Assembly: GCF_001194135.2 (NCBI RefSeq)
Contig: NC_069007.1
Span: 20,420,411 to 20,463,545, forward strand
Source: Octopus bimaculoides
Taxonomy: Eukaryota
Direction of reading: 5' to 3'
DNA length: 43,135 nt
Part shown: positions 8,234 through 18,044 of the stretch, piece by piece
Layout of the letters: the number at the start of each line of letters is the position of its first letter
Position numbering within the stretch: position 1 is the first letter of the stretch
Program-made: the position numbers and the translations under genes
The notes under the pieces: model-generated
The model's database searches: none
What the model was told of the DNA's origin: nothing
The model's input: only the letters and a program-made list of their open reading frames with translations

Positions 8234-9550
8234 ATGGAGGATGGTAATCACTCAGACACTTCTAACACAAATGTTTCCGATGATACAGATTCTGTTAAAC
8301 AGACATCCAACGTGGGGAAACCATTATCTCATAAAGAAAGGTTGTCAAAGAAAAATATTAATTGTGAAATATGTGGAAAATCTTTTGTGAATTCCAGTAA
8401 TTTAACAAAACACAAAAGATTACACACTGGGGAAAAACCATTTCAGTGTGAGATTTGTGGTAAGTCTTTGAATCAGAAATACCACCTTATTGTCCACAAA
8501 CGTAGCCACACTGGAGAAAAACCCTATCACTGTGATATATGTGGAAAATCATTTGTTGATTATACTTATTTAACAAGTCACAAAAGAATACATACTGGAG
8601 AAAAATCTTTTGTCTGTCAAATATGTGGAAAATCATTTACTCATAATTCTCGCCTTGTTGCCCATGTACGAAGTCACACAGGAGAAAAACCTTTCCACTG
8701 TGAAATATGTGGAAAATCCTTTGTCAGTAATAGTTCTCTAAGAAGTCACAGCAGAATTCACACTGGAGAGAAACCATATCAGTGCGTTATATGTGGCAAA
8801 TCATTTATTAGTAATAGCGCTTTAAAGATTCACAGAAGAATTCACACTGGGGAGAGACCTTATTGCTGTGATATATGTGAAAAATCTTTTGTCAATAGCA
8901 GTTGTCTAACAATTCACAAAAGAATTCACACCGGAGAAAAGCCTTATCACTGTGAAATATGTGGGAAAGCCTTCATTAACAGCTCAAAACTTGTTATCCA
9001 CGTGCACAGTCACACTGGAGAAAAGCCTCACCGCTGTGAAATATGTGGAAAATCATTTATTAGGAATTCCCGTCTTCTACTTCACAAAAGGGTACACACT
9101 GGAGAGAAGCCTTATTATTGCGAGATATGTGGAAAATCGTTTATTAATAACTCACATCTCATTGGTCACAGAAGAATACATACAGGAGAAAAACCATTCC
9201 CTTGTGAAATTTGTGGGAAATCTTTCTATTCTGGCAGTAATTTAAGAAGACACAATATAATACACACTGAGAAAAAAGAATTCCACTGCGAAATATGTGG
9301 AAAATCTTACTTTAATAATTGTGATTTAAAAAGACACAAAAGAATTCATGATGGAGAAAAAACATTTCACTGTGAAATTTGTGGGAAATCTTTCTTCGAT
9401 AATTGTAATCTTATAGTCCATGTCCGTAGTCACACTGGAGAAAGGCCTTGTTCCTGTGAAATATGTGGTAAATCATTTATTTGTAAAAGTCACTTGAATA
9501 GCCACGTTCGAACACACAGTAAAGAAAAACCTTTGAATTGTGATTCATGA
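8234..9550 (+). CDS. C2H2 zinc-finger protein ZB, 14 fingers
   Basis: ORF 8174..9550; ATG of MEDGN at 8234; 14 tandem fingers; ends SKEKPLNCDS. Confidence 0.95.
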   Translation: MEDGNHSDTSNTNVSDDTDSVKQTSNVGKPLSHKERLSKKNINCEICGKSFVNSSNLTKHKRLHTGEKPFQCEICGKSLNQKYHLIVHKRSHTGEKPYHCDICGKSFVDYTYLTSHKRIHTGEKSFVCQICGKSFTHNSRLVAHVRSHTGEKPFHCEICGKSFVSNSSLRSHSRIHTGEKPYQCVICGKSFISNSALKIHRRIHTGERPYCCDICEKSFVNSSCLTIHKRIHTGEKPYHCEICGKAFINSSKLVIHVHSHTGEKPHRCEICGKSFIRNSRLLLHKRVHTGEKPYYCEICGKSFINNSHLIGHRRIHTGEKPFPCEICGKSFYSGSNLRRHNIIHTEKKEFHCEICGKSYFNNCDLKRHKRIHDGEKTFHCEICGKSFFDNCNLIVHVRSHTGERPCSCEICGKSFICKSHLNSHVRTHSKEKPLNCDS

Positions 9551-10149
9551 GAAATGCATTCTTTGTAACTCTTTGTAACTTACTTTCTTTAGTCTACTGA
9601 CTTGTATTCACCGAAGATTTATCATTGTGAATTCTAGAAGGCTGGAGATTATCTCAGCTAACAACAAACAAGATCAGGACAAATATCTGCTAAATGTAAA
9701 TAATGATTTATTTATAAGAGTATAAATAAAATGCATAAATGAATAAACAAATCAATTAATTGTTGTTANNNNNNNNNNNNNNNNNNNNNNNNNNNNNNNN
9801 NNNNNNNNNNNNNNNNNNNNNNNNNNNNNNNNNNNNNNNNNNNNNNNNNNNNNNNNNNNNNNNNNNNNNNNNNNNNNNNNNNNNNNNNNNNNNNNNNNNN
9901 NNNNNNNNNNNNNNNNNNNNNNNNNNNNNNNNNNNNNNNNNNNNNNNNNNNNNNNNNNNNNNNNNNNNNNNNNNNNNNNNNNNNNNNNNNNNNNNNNNNN
10001 NNNNNNNNNNNNNNNNNNNNNNNNNNNNNNNNNNNNNNNNNNNNNNNNNNNNNNNNNNNNNNNNNNNNNNNNNNNNNNNNNNNNNNNNNNNNNNNNNNNN
10101 NNNNNNNNNNNNNNNNNNNNNNNTTTTTGGAGTTCCTTTAAAATTTGAA

Positions 10150-10163
10150 TGGAATATATATAT

Positions 10164-10226
<63 letters not shown>

Positions 10227-10240
10227 TATATATATATCAG
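10150..10240. repeat. (TA)n/(CA)n microsatellite; similar tracts at 10580-10660, 14510-14660, 18440-18470, 19825-19855, 26119-26148, 31825-31870 and poly-A 38426-38460
   Basis: Direct inspection. Confidence 0.9.
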
Positions 10241-10610
10241 CTGAAACATTGTGTTAACAACAAACAAGATCAGGACAAATATCTGCTAAATGTAAATAAT
10301 GATTTATTTATAAGAGTATAAATAAAATGCATAAATGAATAAACAAATCAATTAATTGTTGTTATAGTATATATCAAAATACAGGTGAGGATATAAACCT
10401 TGGAGGGATAGAGATATCCAAGATTAGACTGGTTAAATTCCTAACAATATAGGAACATATATATATATTATTATTATAAATACCAAGTGATGAATTGAAA
10501 CAAATGTAGGTCTGGTCTTGTCAATGTATTAATAAACTTTTATTAATCTTATCTCCATCTTCTCTCTTGGTTTTTATAATATCAATAATATATATGTATA
10601 TATATATATG

Positions 10611-10641
<31 letters not shown>

Positions 10642-10654
10642 TATATATGTATAT

Positions 10655-10850
10655 AATGTGTGTGTTTGTCCCCCACCAGTGTTTGATAACTGGTGTTGCT
10701 GTGTTTACGTTCACATAACTTAGCGGTTCGGTAAAAGTGGCCAATAAAAAGGTGCCAGGCATAAAAAAAGAACTGGTGTCAATTTCTTCGATTAAAATTA
10801 TTCAAGGTGGTACTCCAGCGTGGCCGCAGTCTAATGACTGAGAAAGATAA
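10655..10850 (+). mobile_element. 3' half of a tRNA-head SINE (family of 34696-35282)
   Basis: GTTTGTCCCC...TAACTTAGCGGTTCGG...TCCAGCGTGGCCGCAGTCTAATGACTGA shared with the other copies. Confidence 0.65.
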
Positions 10851-11439
10851 ATGAATCGCTAAATTCCTTAGTAAAACCTAGAGCTCATGGAGAGCCCTCT
10901 TGTATTTCTCACAGTCGCTTTCCCTGCTACGAATAGCAACTCAAATGCTTTTAAATCAGATCTCAATACTGGATGGTTTTGGTTTCTATTTCTAGCAAAT
11001 TTACGACTGTTAATTACAAACAGCATAAAGGGAGATGAATAAAAACTAATAACCAGTAAAAAGGAATGCAAAACCTAACTTGGCTTTACTGAAACGAATA
11101 TGTAAAGCATACGGAATATAATTCAATATATCATTAGTTTTAAGACTAGATAAATTTTAGAATATAGTTCATAAATATGATAAAGACGTTCTCATATTAA
11201 GGCGACACTTTGTGTTAGAAATCCATTCATATTTTCTGAAGATGCCATGTTATATATGTTTTAAATAAATGTAGGAGACAGAAAATAAATTTTGAAAATG
11301 CTGTTTTATTTTCGTTTTTGTTTTTCTTTTCCCATTCGATTTATCCAGCGTTTAATACATATTAAAAAAACGTTTAATGTGAACATAAAAAACAGGTTTC
11401 TGCTGAACGTATTACGCGTGTGTTCTAAAGAAATTCCTC

Positions 11440-11745
11440 ATTTGAGGCAAGCCAAGATAACTTTAGCATTTTCCGTTATTGCTATTCCCAGTTTAAATCA
11501 CATTGCTTCTTGCTTATATTTCCTCGTGATATTTATTTTGTTAAGCGATCGATCTTAGATTTACGAACGGTTTGAAAACTGTTTCTGCCTGTATTAAATT
11601 ATGTCAGGGACATTTCAGTCACATCACCGGTTGTATCATTGAGGCGAGAGAAAAATCATCAACGGTCAACTTATTAAATGTCAGGTAATTTAATTATATT
11701 ATGTGTAGTAATTAACTCAGGAACACTTATGCTTTTAGATAGCTT
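11440..11745 (+). promoter_or_regulatory. Conserved 5' module of ZC (intronic hairpin element deleted)
   Basis: TATTAAA 11592; donor 11684/11685; acceptor 12494/12495. Confidence 0.6.
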
Positions 11746-12782
11746 CAGACGTGTGATCTCCCGGTCCGTGGATCATAATTAAGATTGGGGGCCGCTTTTT
11801 TACAGGACAGCTGAAATGTGTTTTAATCAACAACTAACGAGTAATTAATTAACTTTGCTTGATTCTTTTTCACTTTTAATGACATTTAAATTTAAAGCCC
11901 ATATTATCTGTATTGCTGGATCTTGTTAAATTTCTTTCAAATTACCTGAGGTTTTTCGAATTTCCACGAGAGTATTTTCAAAACATGTTCTGATGTAGTT
12001 TTCGATGCTGATAGCGAAAATTGCATCAATTTTTTTTTTTACTCGGATTAATCTAAAAAAAAACCTTACAAATATTTAAAATAATATAGTTTTAACTAAT
12101 CGCAATATATATTGCTGGACATACCAGGAAACGTGACTGTCCCCATAGAACAGCATACACGACGTCTTTACACGACCACTCGACCATATTTCGCGTTACT
12201 CCAGTTCACTCAGCTGTAGAAATGATTTGCGATATCACTGGTGCCAAGCTGCATTGACTTTTGCTTTCCCTTGGATAACATCGGTGGCGTGTGGAGGAGA
12301 GACTGGTATGTGTGGGCAACTGTTGATCCGTAAACAACCTTGCCTTGACTTTAGGTGCAATCTCATGGTCACTTGTGACCAAGGTGGGGTCTTGACCCTT
12401 TACTATGTGTGTGTGAACAATTGTTATTTATTCAGACTTGATATACTTTGACCAACATTTGTCTTATACAGTCATATATTTTTCTCCTTTTCAGTTGTGC
12501 TGAATGTTCCATTACAAACTGTCATATGAAAATACCAGTTCCACCAGAATATTTGCTACCAGTTATTTATGGATGCCCTTTTTCTTCAGCCTACATAACT
12601 TCTTTTCACTATATCTGCAATTATTAATGTAGTCTTTTTGTCTACAGTATGTGTGCCACATGTTGCATATTTTCTCCACCTGTAAACAAAGTCCCATGGG
12701 ATGGATATCGTAAGACAAGAAATTGAACCGTAATAGATTATATCCACAGACATCAGTTTTCATGAATTCCACTGGTGTTGAT

Positions 12783-13835
12783 ATGGAGGATGGTAATCAC
12801 TCAGACACTTCTAATACAATTGTTTCTGATGATACAGATTCTGTTAAACAGACATCCAACGTGAGGAAACCATTATCTCATAAAGAAGGGTTGTCAAAGA
12901 AAAATATCAATTGTGAAATATGTGGAAAATCTTTTGTGAATTCCAGTAATTTAAAAAACCATAAAAGATTACACACTGGGGAAAAACCATTTCAGTGTGA
13001 TATATGTGGAAAATCATTCAATCAGAAATACCAACTTATTGTCCACAAGCGTAGCCACACTGGAGAAAAACCCTATCACTGTGATATATGTGGAAAATCA
13101 TTTGTTGATTCCACTAATTTAACAAGTCACAAACGAACACATACTGGAGAAAAATCTTTTGTCTGTCAAATATGTGGAAAATCATATACGCATAATTCTC
13201 GCCTTGTTGACCATGTACGAAGTCACACAGGAGAAAAGCCTTTCCACTGTGAAATATGTGGAAAATCATTTGTCACTAATAGTTCTTTGAGCTATCACAG
13301 AAAAATCCACACTGGAGAGAAACCATATCAGTGCGTTGTATGTGGGAAATCTTTTATTATTCATAGTGCCTTGAAAATCCACAGAACAATTCACACTGGA
13401 GAGAGACCTTACTGCTGTGATATATGTGGAAAGTCTTTTCTCAATAGTGGTTCTTTAACAAATCACAAAAGATTTCACACTGGAGAAAAGCTTCATCACT
13501 GTGAAATATGTGGAAAATCATTTATTAGGAAAGCTTGTCTTGTAGTTCACAAAAGAGTACACACTGGAGAGAAGCCTTATTATTGTGAAACATGTGGAAA
13601 ATCGTTTATTAATGTCTCAAATCTCATTGTTCACAGAAGAACACATACAGGAGAAAAACCATTCCATTGTGAAATATGTGGAAAATCTTTCTGCTCTGGC
13701 AGTGATTTAAAAAGACACACTATTGTACACACTGAGAAAAAAGAATTCCACTGTGAAATATGTGGAAAATCTTATTTTAATAATTGTAGTTTAAAAAGAC
13801 ACAAAAGAATTCATGATGGAGAACGAAACATTTAA
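12783..13835 (+). CDS. C2H2 zinc-finger protein ZC, 11 in-frame fingers, C-terminally truncated by a frameshift
   Basis: ORF 12723..13835; MEDGN ATG at 12783, with an in-frame ATG at 12762. A 1-nt insertion (GGAGAACGAAACATTT vs GGAGAAAAAACATTT in ZE) ends the protein at HDGERNI*. Confidence 0.85.
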   Translation: MEDGNHSDTSNTIVSDDTDSVKQTSNVRKPLSHKEGLSKKNINCEICGKSFVNSSNLKNHKRLHTGEKPFQCDICGKSFNQKYQLIVHKRSHTGEKPYHCDICGKSFVDSTNLTSHKRTHTGEKSFVCQICGKSYTHNSRLVDHVRSHTGEKPFHCEICGKSFVTNSSLSYHRKIHTGEKPYQCVVCGKSFIIHSALKIHRTIHTGERPYCCDICGKSFLNSGSLTNHKRFHTGEKLHHCEICGKSFIRKACLVVHKRVHTGEKPYYCETCGKSFINVSNLIVHRRTHTGEKPFHCEICGKSFCSGSDLKRHTIVHTEKKEFHCEICGKSYFNNCSLKRHKRIHDGERNI

Positions 13836-14013
13836 CTGTAAAATTTGTGGGAAATCCTTCTATAATTGTAATCTTAAAGTCCATATTCGTAGCCACACTG
13901 GAGAAAGGCCTTGTTCCTGTGAAATATGTGGTAAATCATTCATCTGTAAAAGTCACTTGAATACCCACATTCGAACACACAGTAAAGAAAAACCTTTGAA
14001 TTGTGATTCATGA
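13827..14013 (+). pseudogene. Out-of-frame last two fingers of ZC
   Basis: ORF 13813..14013 encodes [61 protein letters not shown]. The first finger is also one codon short relative to ZE (SFFYNCSL). Confidence 0.85.
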
Positions 14014-14394
14014 GAAATGCATTCTTTGTAACTCTTAGTCTACTGACTTGTATTCACCGAAGATTTATCATTGTGAATTATGTTGGAATTGTTTCTCTTT
14101 GAGATCTTGTATTGCAGTTTAAAATGTATTTTGATATGTGATAGACTTTTTTACAAACACAGTTGGGAATTATAAACTTGTGTATGAAAAGATACAGAGG
14201 AAATAAAAGCATTATTCTAAATACATAAACCTGGTATTTTTTGCTTTACTTTTCTTGTCCACTAATGCATCCTGGAAAAAAAAAATCATTTCTCCAGTGT
14301 TATTTATCATAACGATTTCTTACAGACACTGTCTTATTAAGCATGATTGGAAAACAAAATTATATTGACATGAAATTTCTAGAGAAATACAAAG

Positions 14395-14500
14395 CATGGG
14401 TTGGCCCGAGGCTATAGTAGAAGACAATTGCTCAAGGTGCTACATAGTGGGACTGAATCCAGAACCATGTGGTTGTAAATTGTTTTACCACACACAGATG
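14395..14500 (-). mobile_element. 5' fragment of the tRNA-head SINE family
   Basis: GGCCCGAGGCTATAGTAGAAGAC...GGGACTGAATCCAGAACCATGTGGTT matches 35175-35250. Confidence 0.65.
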
Positions 14501-14524
14501 CCTGCACCTCTCTCTCTCTCTCTG

Positions 14525-14568
<44 letters not shown>

Positions 14569-15229
14569 CATATACATACATAGATATATTACATACATAC
14601 ATATACATGCATATATATATATAGATATATATACATATATATATATACACATATATATATGTTATTTTATTTGCTAATATAAAGTCAGAAACCGTGGTCC
14701 AGGAGATGGATAGTAAATGTTTTTATTTTTCATTCCCTTCGAAATTTATCTCTAATAGTAGCTTGGGATTTGGCTATTCCTTCTAGCGTGCCAGGTATCC
14801 TATGATGGATACCTCTTATGTGTTTAAATGTACACTGTATTTATATGAATAATATATAGTCTATTGACTAATTTTTCTACACCTGCTTTTTAATCAGATT
14901 CCAATACCAGATGGTTTTGGTTGCTATTTCTAGCAGTTCTACAACGATGTAACCGCTTGTTAATTACAAACACACTTAAGACTAAATAAATTTTAGAATA
15001 TAGTTCATAACTATGATAAAGAGGTTCTCGTATAGAGCCGTCACTTTGTGTAAGAACTCCATCCATATTTTCTGAAGATGCCTCGGAAATGCTGTTTTAT
15101 TTTCGCTTTCGTTTTTCTTTTCCCATATATCCAGCGTTTAATACATATTTTTAAAAAAATATCTAATCTGAACAAAAAAAGAGGTCTGTGTTGAACGTAT
15201 TACGCGTGTGTTTTAAAGAAATTACTTTC

Positions 15230-15593
15230 TCATTTCAGGAAAACCAAGTTAACTTTAGTATTTTCCATTATTGCTATTCCCAATTTGAATCACATCGTTT
15301 CCTGCTATATTTCCTCGCGATATTTATTTTGGTAAATGATGGATCTTTGATTTACCAACGGCTTGAAAACTGTTTCTGTCTGTATTAAATTATGTCAGGG
15401 ACATTTCTGTCACATCACCGGTAGTATCATTGAGGCGAGAGAAAAATCATCAACGGTCGACTCATTATATGTCAGGTAATTTAATTATATTCTGTGTAGT
15501 AATTAACTCAGGAACATTAATCTTTTTAGATAACATAAAGCAACCGATATGATGTATCAGACTCGGCGTTCGATTCCCGGGATGATTAAATAT
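15230..15593 (+). promoter_or_regulatory. Conserved 5' module of ZD
   Basis: AAGTTAACTT 15246; TATTAAA 15383; donor 15475/15476; acceptor 16459/16460. Confidence 0.65.
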
Positions 15594-16811
15594 GTCTCCA
15601 ATTAAAGTATTTTATTATTCTCCTTATTGTGTCTTCTTAGATGTGTGATCTCCCGGTGCATGGATCATAATTAAGATTATATTAATTTTTGGAGCCAAAT
15701 GAGTGTTTTAAGGATCGTGAGTTTGAGGTAAGTTTACATCTGCAGAGATTGACTTTAAATGTTATTAGTACACTTAACAAGCTGAAAACATTGGGCCTGC
15801 CTTAAGCAAGGAAATAAACAGTGTAGGGACACAAAGCATCATCTTTTACATTTTTTTTTCTTAGACTTCTTGGAAGATATCGCTGCTATTTTTAGACCTC
15901 AAGGAAGATTTAGCTGCTATTTCTAGCAGGTCGACAGACTGCGTAAATGTTTCAATGCGGCTGTTCCCACTGGCAGAAGCAGTCATGACTTTCGGTGTGT
16001 TTGGCATTATAAGCTGCCAATTAGTTAAAATTAGGAAATTTTAAATGCTTGTAACTTTTTTTAAAGAATTTTTAAAAAGGGAATAAAATAGAGTGCCTTG
16101 ATCAAGAACACAAAACACACAGGTCTATGTATTGTGTTCTTGAGCAACACACCTTATTTCACGTTACTCCAGTTCACTCAGCTGTAGAAATGATTTGCGA
16201 TGTCACTGGTGCCAAGCTGTATCGGCCCCTTTGCTTTTCCCTTGGATAACATCAGTGGTGTGTAGAGGAGAGACTGGTATGCGTGGGCAAATGTTGGTCT
16301 TCCATAAACAACCTTGCCTGGACTTATATCTCGGACGGTAACTTGTAACCAAGGTGGGGTCTTGACCCTTTACTATGTGTGAACAATTGTTATTTATTCA
16401 GACTTGATATACTTTGACCAACATTTGTCTTATACAGTCATATATCTTTTCCTTTACAGTTGTGCTGAATGTTCCATTACAAACTGTCATATGAAAATAC
16501 CAATTCCACCAGAATATTTGCTACCAGTTATTTATGGATACCCTCTTTCTCTAAGTCTTCAGCCTACATAACTTCTTTTCACTATATCTGCAATTATTAA
16601 TGTAGTCTTTTTGTCTACAGTATATCTGCCACGTGGAGATGTCCCAGCCAGCAACAAACATTCTAAGTGTCCTGCAGAAAATAAATCTATGTTGCATATT
16701 TTCTCCTCCTGTAAGCTGTGTCCCATGAGATGGATATCATAAGACAAGAAATTGAACCGTAATAGATAATATCCACAGACATCAGTTTTCAAGAATTTCT
16801 CCAGAGTTAAT

Positions 16812-18044
16812 ATGGAGGATGGTAATCTCTCAGACACTTCTAACACAAATGCTTCCAATGATACAAATTCTGTTAAACAGACATCCAACGTGGGGAAACC
16901 ATTATCTCATAAAGAAGGGTTGTCAAAGAAAAATATTAATTGTGAAATATGTGGAAAATCTTTTGCGAATTCCAGTAATTTAACAAAACACAAACGATTA
17001 CACACTGGGGAAAAACCATTTCAGTGTGAGATTTGTGGAAAGGCATTCAATCAGAAATACCAACTTATTGTCCACAAACGTAGCCACACTGGAGAAAAAC
17101 CCTATCACTGTGATATATGTGGAAAATCATTTGTTGATTCCACTAATTTAACAAGTCACAAACGAACACATACTGGAGAAAAATCTTTTGTCTGTCAAAT
17201 ATGTGGAAAATCATATACGCATAATTCTCGCCTTGTTGACCATGTACGAAGTCACACAGGAGAAAAGCCTTTCCACTGTGAAATATGTGGAAAATCGTTT
17301 GTCAGTAATAGTGCTTTAAGCAGTCACAACAAAATCCACACTGGAGAGAAACCATATCAGTGCGTTATATGTGGAAAATCATTTATTAATAATAGTGCCT
17401 TAAAAATTCACAAAAGAATTCACACTGGAGAGAGACCTTATTGCTGTGATATATGTGGAAAATCTTATCTCCATAATGATTGTTTAACAAATCATAAAAG
17501 AATTCACACTGGAGAAAAACCTCATCACTGTGAAATATGTGGAAAATCATTTATTAGGAATTCTTGTCTTCTAGTTCACAAAAGAGTACACACTGGAGAG
17601 AAGCCTTATTATTGTGAAACATGTGGAAAATCGTTTATTAATGTCTCAAATCTCATTTTTCACAGAAGAATACATACTGGAGAAAAGCCATTCCCTTGTG
17701 AAATTTGTGGGAAATCTTTCCGTTCTGGTAGTAATTTAAGAAGACACAATATAATACACAGTGAGAAAAAAGAATTCCACTGTGAAATTTGTGGGAAATC
17801 TTACTTTAATAATTGTGATTTAAAAAGACACAAAAGAATTCATGATGAAGAAAAAACATTTCACTGTGAAATTTGTGGGAAATCTTTCTTCAATAATTGT
17901 CATCTTATAGTCCATGTTCGTAGCCACACTGGAGAAAGGCCTTGTTCCTGTGAAATATGTGGTAAATCATTTATTTGTAAAAGTCACTTGAATACCCACA
18001 TTCGAACACACAGGAAAGGAAAACCTTTGAATTGTGATTCATGA
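16812..18044 (+). CDS. C2H2 zinc-finger protein ZD, 13 fingers
   Basis: Intact ORF from MEDGN; 13 fingers; ends RKGKPLNCDS. Confidence 0.95.
   Translation: MEDGNLSDTSNTNASNDTNSVKQTSNVGKPLSHKEGLSKKNINCEICGKSFANSSNLTKHKRLHTGEKPFQCEICGKAFNQKYQLIVHKRSHTGEKPYHCDICGKSFVDSTNLTSHKRTHTGEKSFVCQICGKSYTHNSRLVDHVRSHTGEKPFHCEICGKSFVSNSALSSHNKIHTGEKPYQCVICGKSFINNSALKIHKRIHTGERPYCCDICGKSYLHNDCLTNHKRIHTGEKPHHCEICGKSFIRNSCLLVHKRVHTGEKPYYCETCGKSFINVSNLIFHRRIHTGEKPFPCEICGKSFRSGSNLRRHNIIHSEKKEFHCEICGKSYFNNCDLKRHKRIHDEEKTFHCEICGKSFFNNCHLIVHVRSHTGERPCSCEICGKSFICKSHLNTHIRTHRKGKPLNCDS

Noticed and set aside
8147-8234. N-terminal extension of the finger proteins by read-through or A-to-I editing of the in-frame TAA (MRWIS*DKKLNH...)
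   Set aside because: Needs two edits, and ZF and ZI have non-triplet deletions just before the ATG that would break such an extension.
8288-8308. SVKQTS as an LC8 (TQT) or SUMO (psi-K-x-E) motif
   Set aside because: Matches neither consensus properly; kept only as an unnamed conserved motif.
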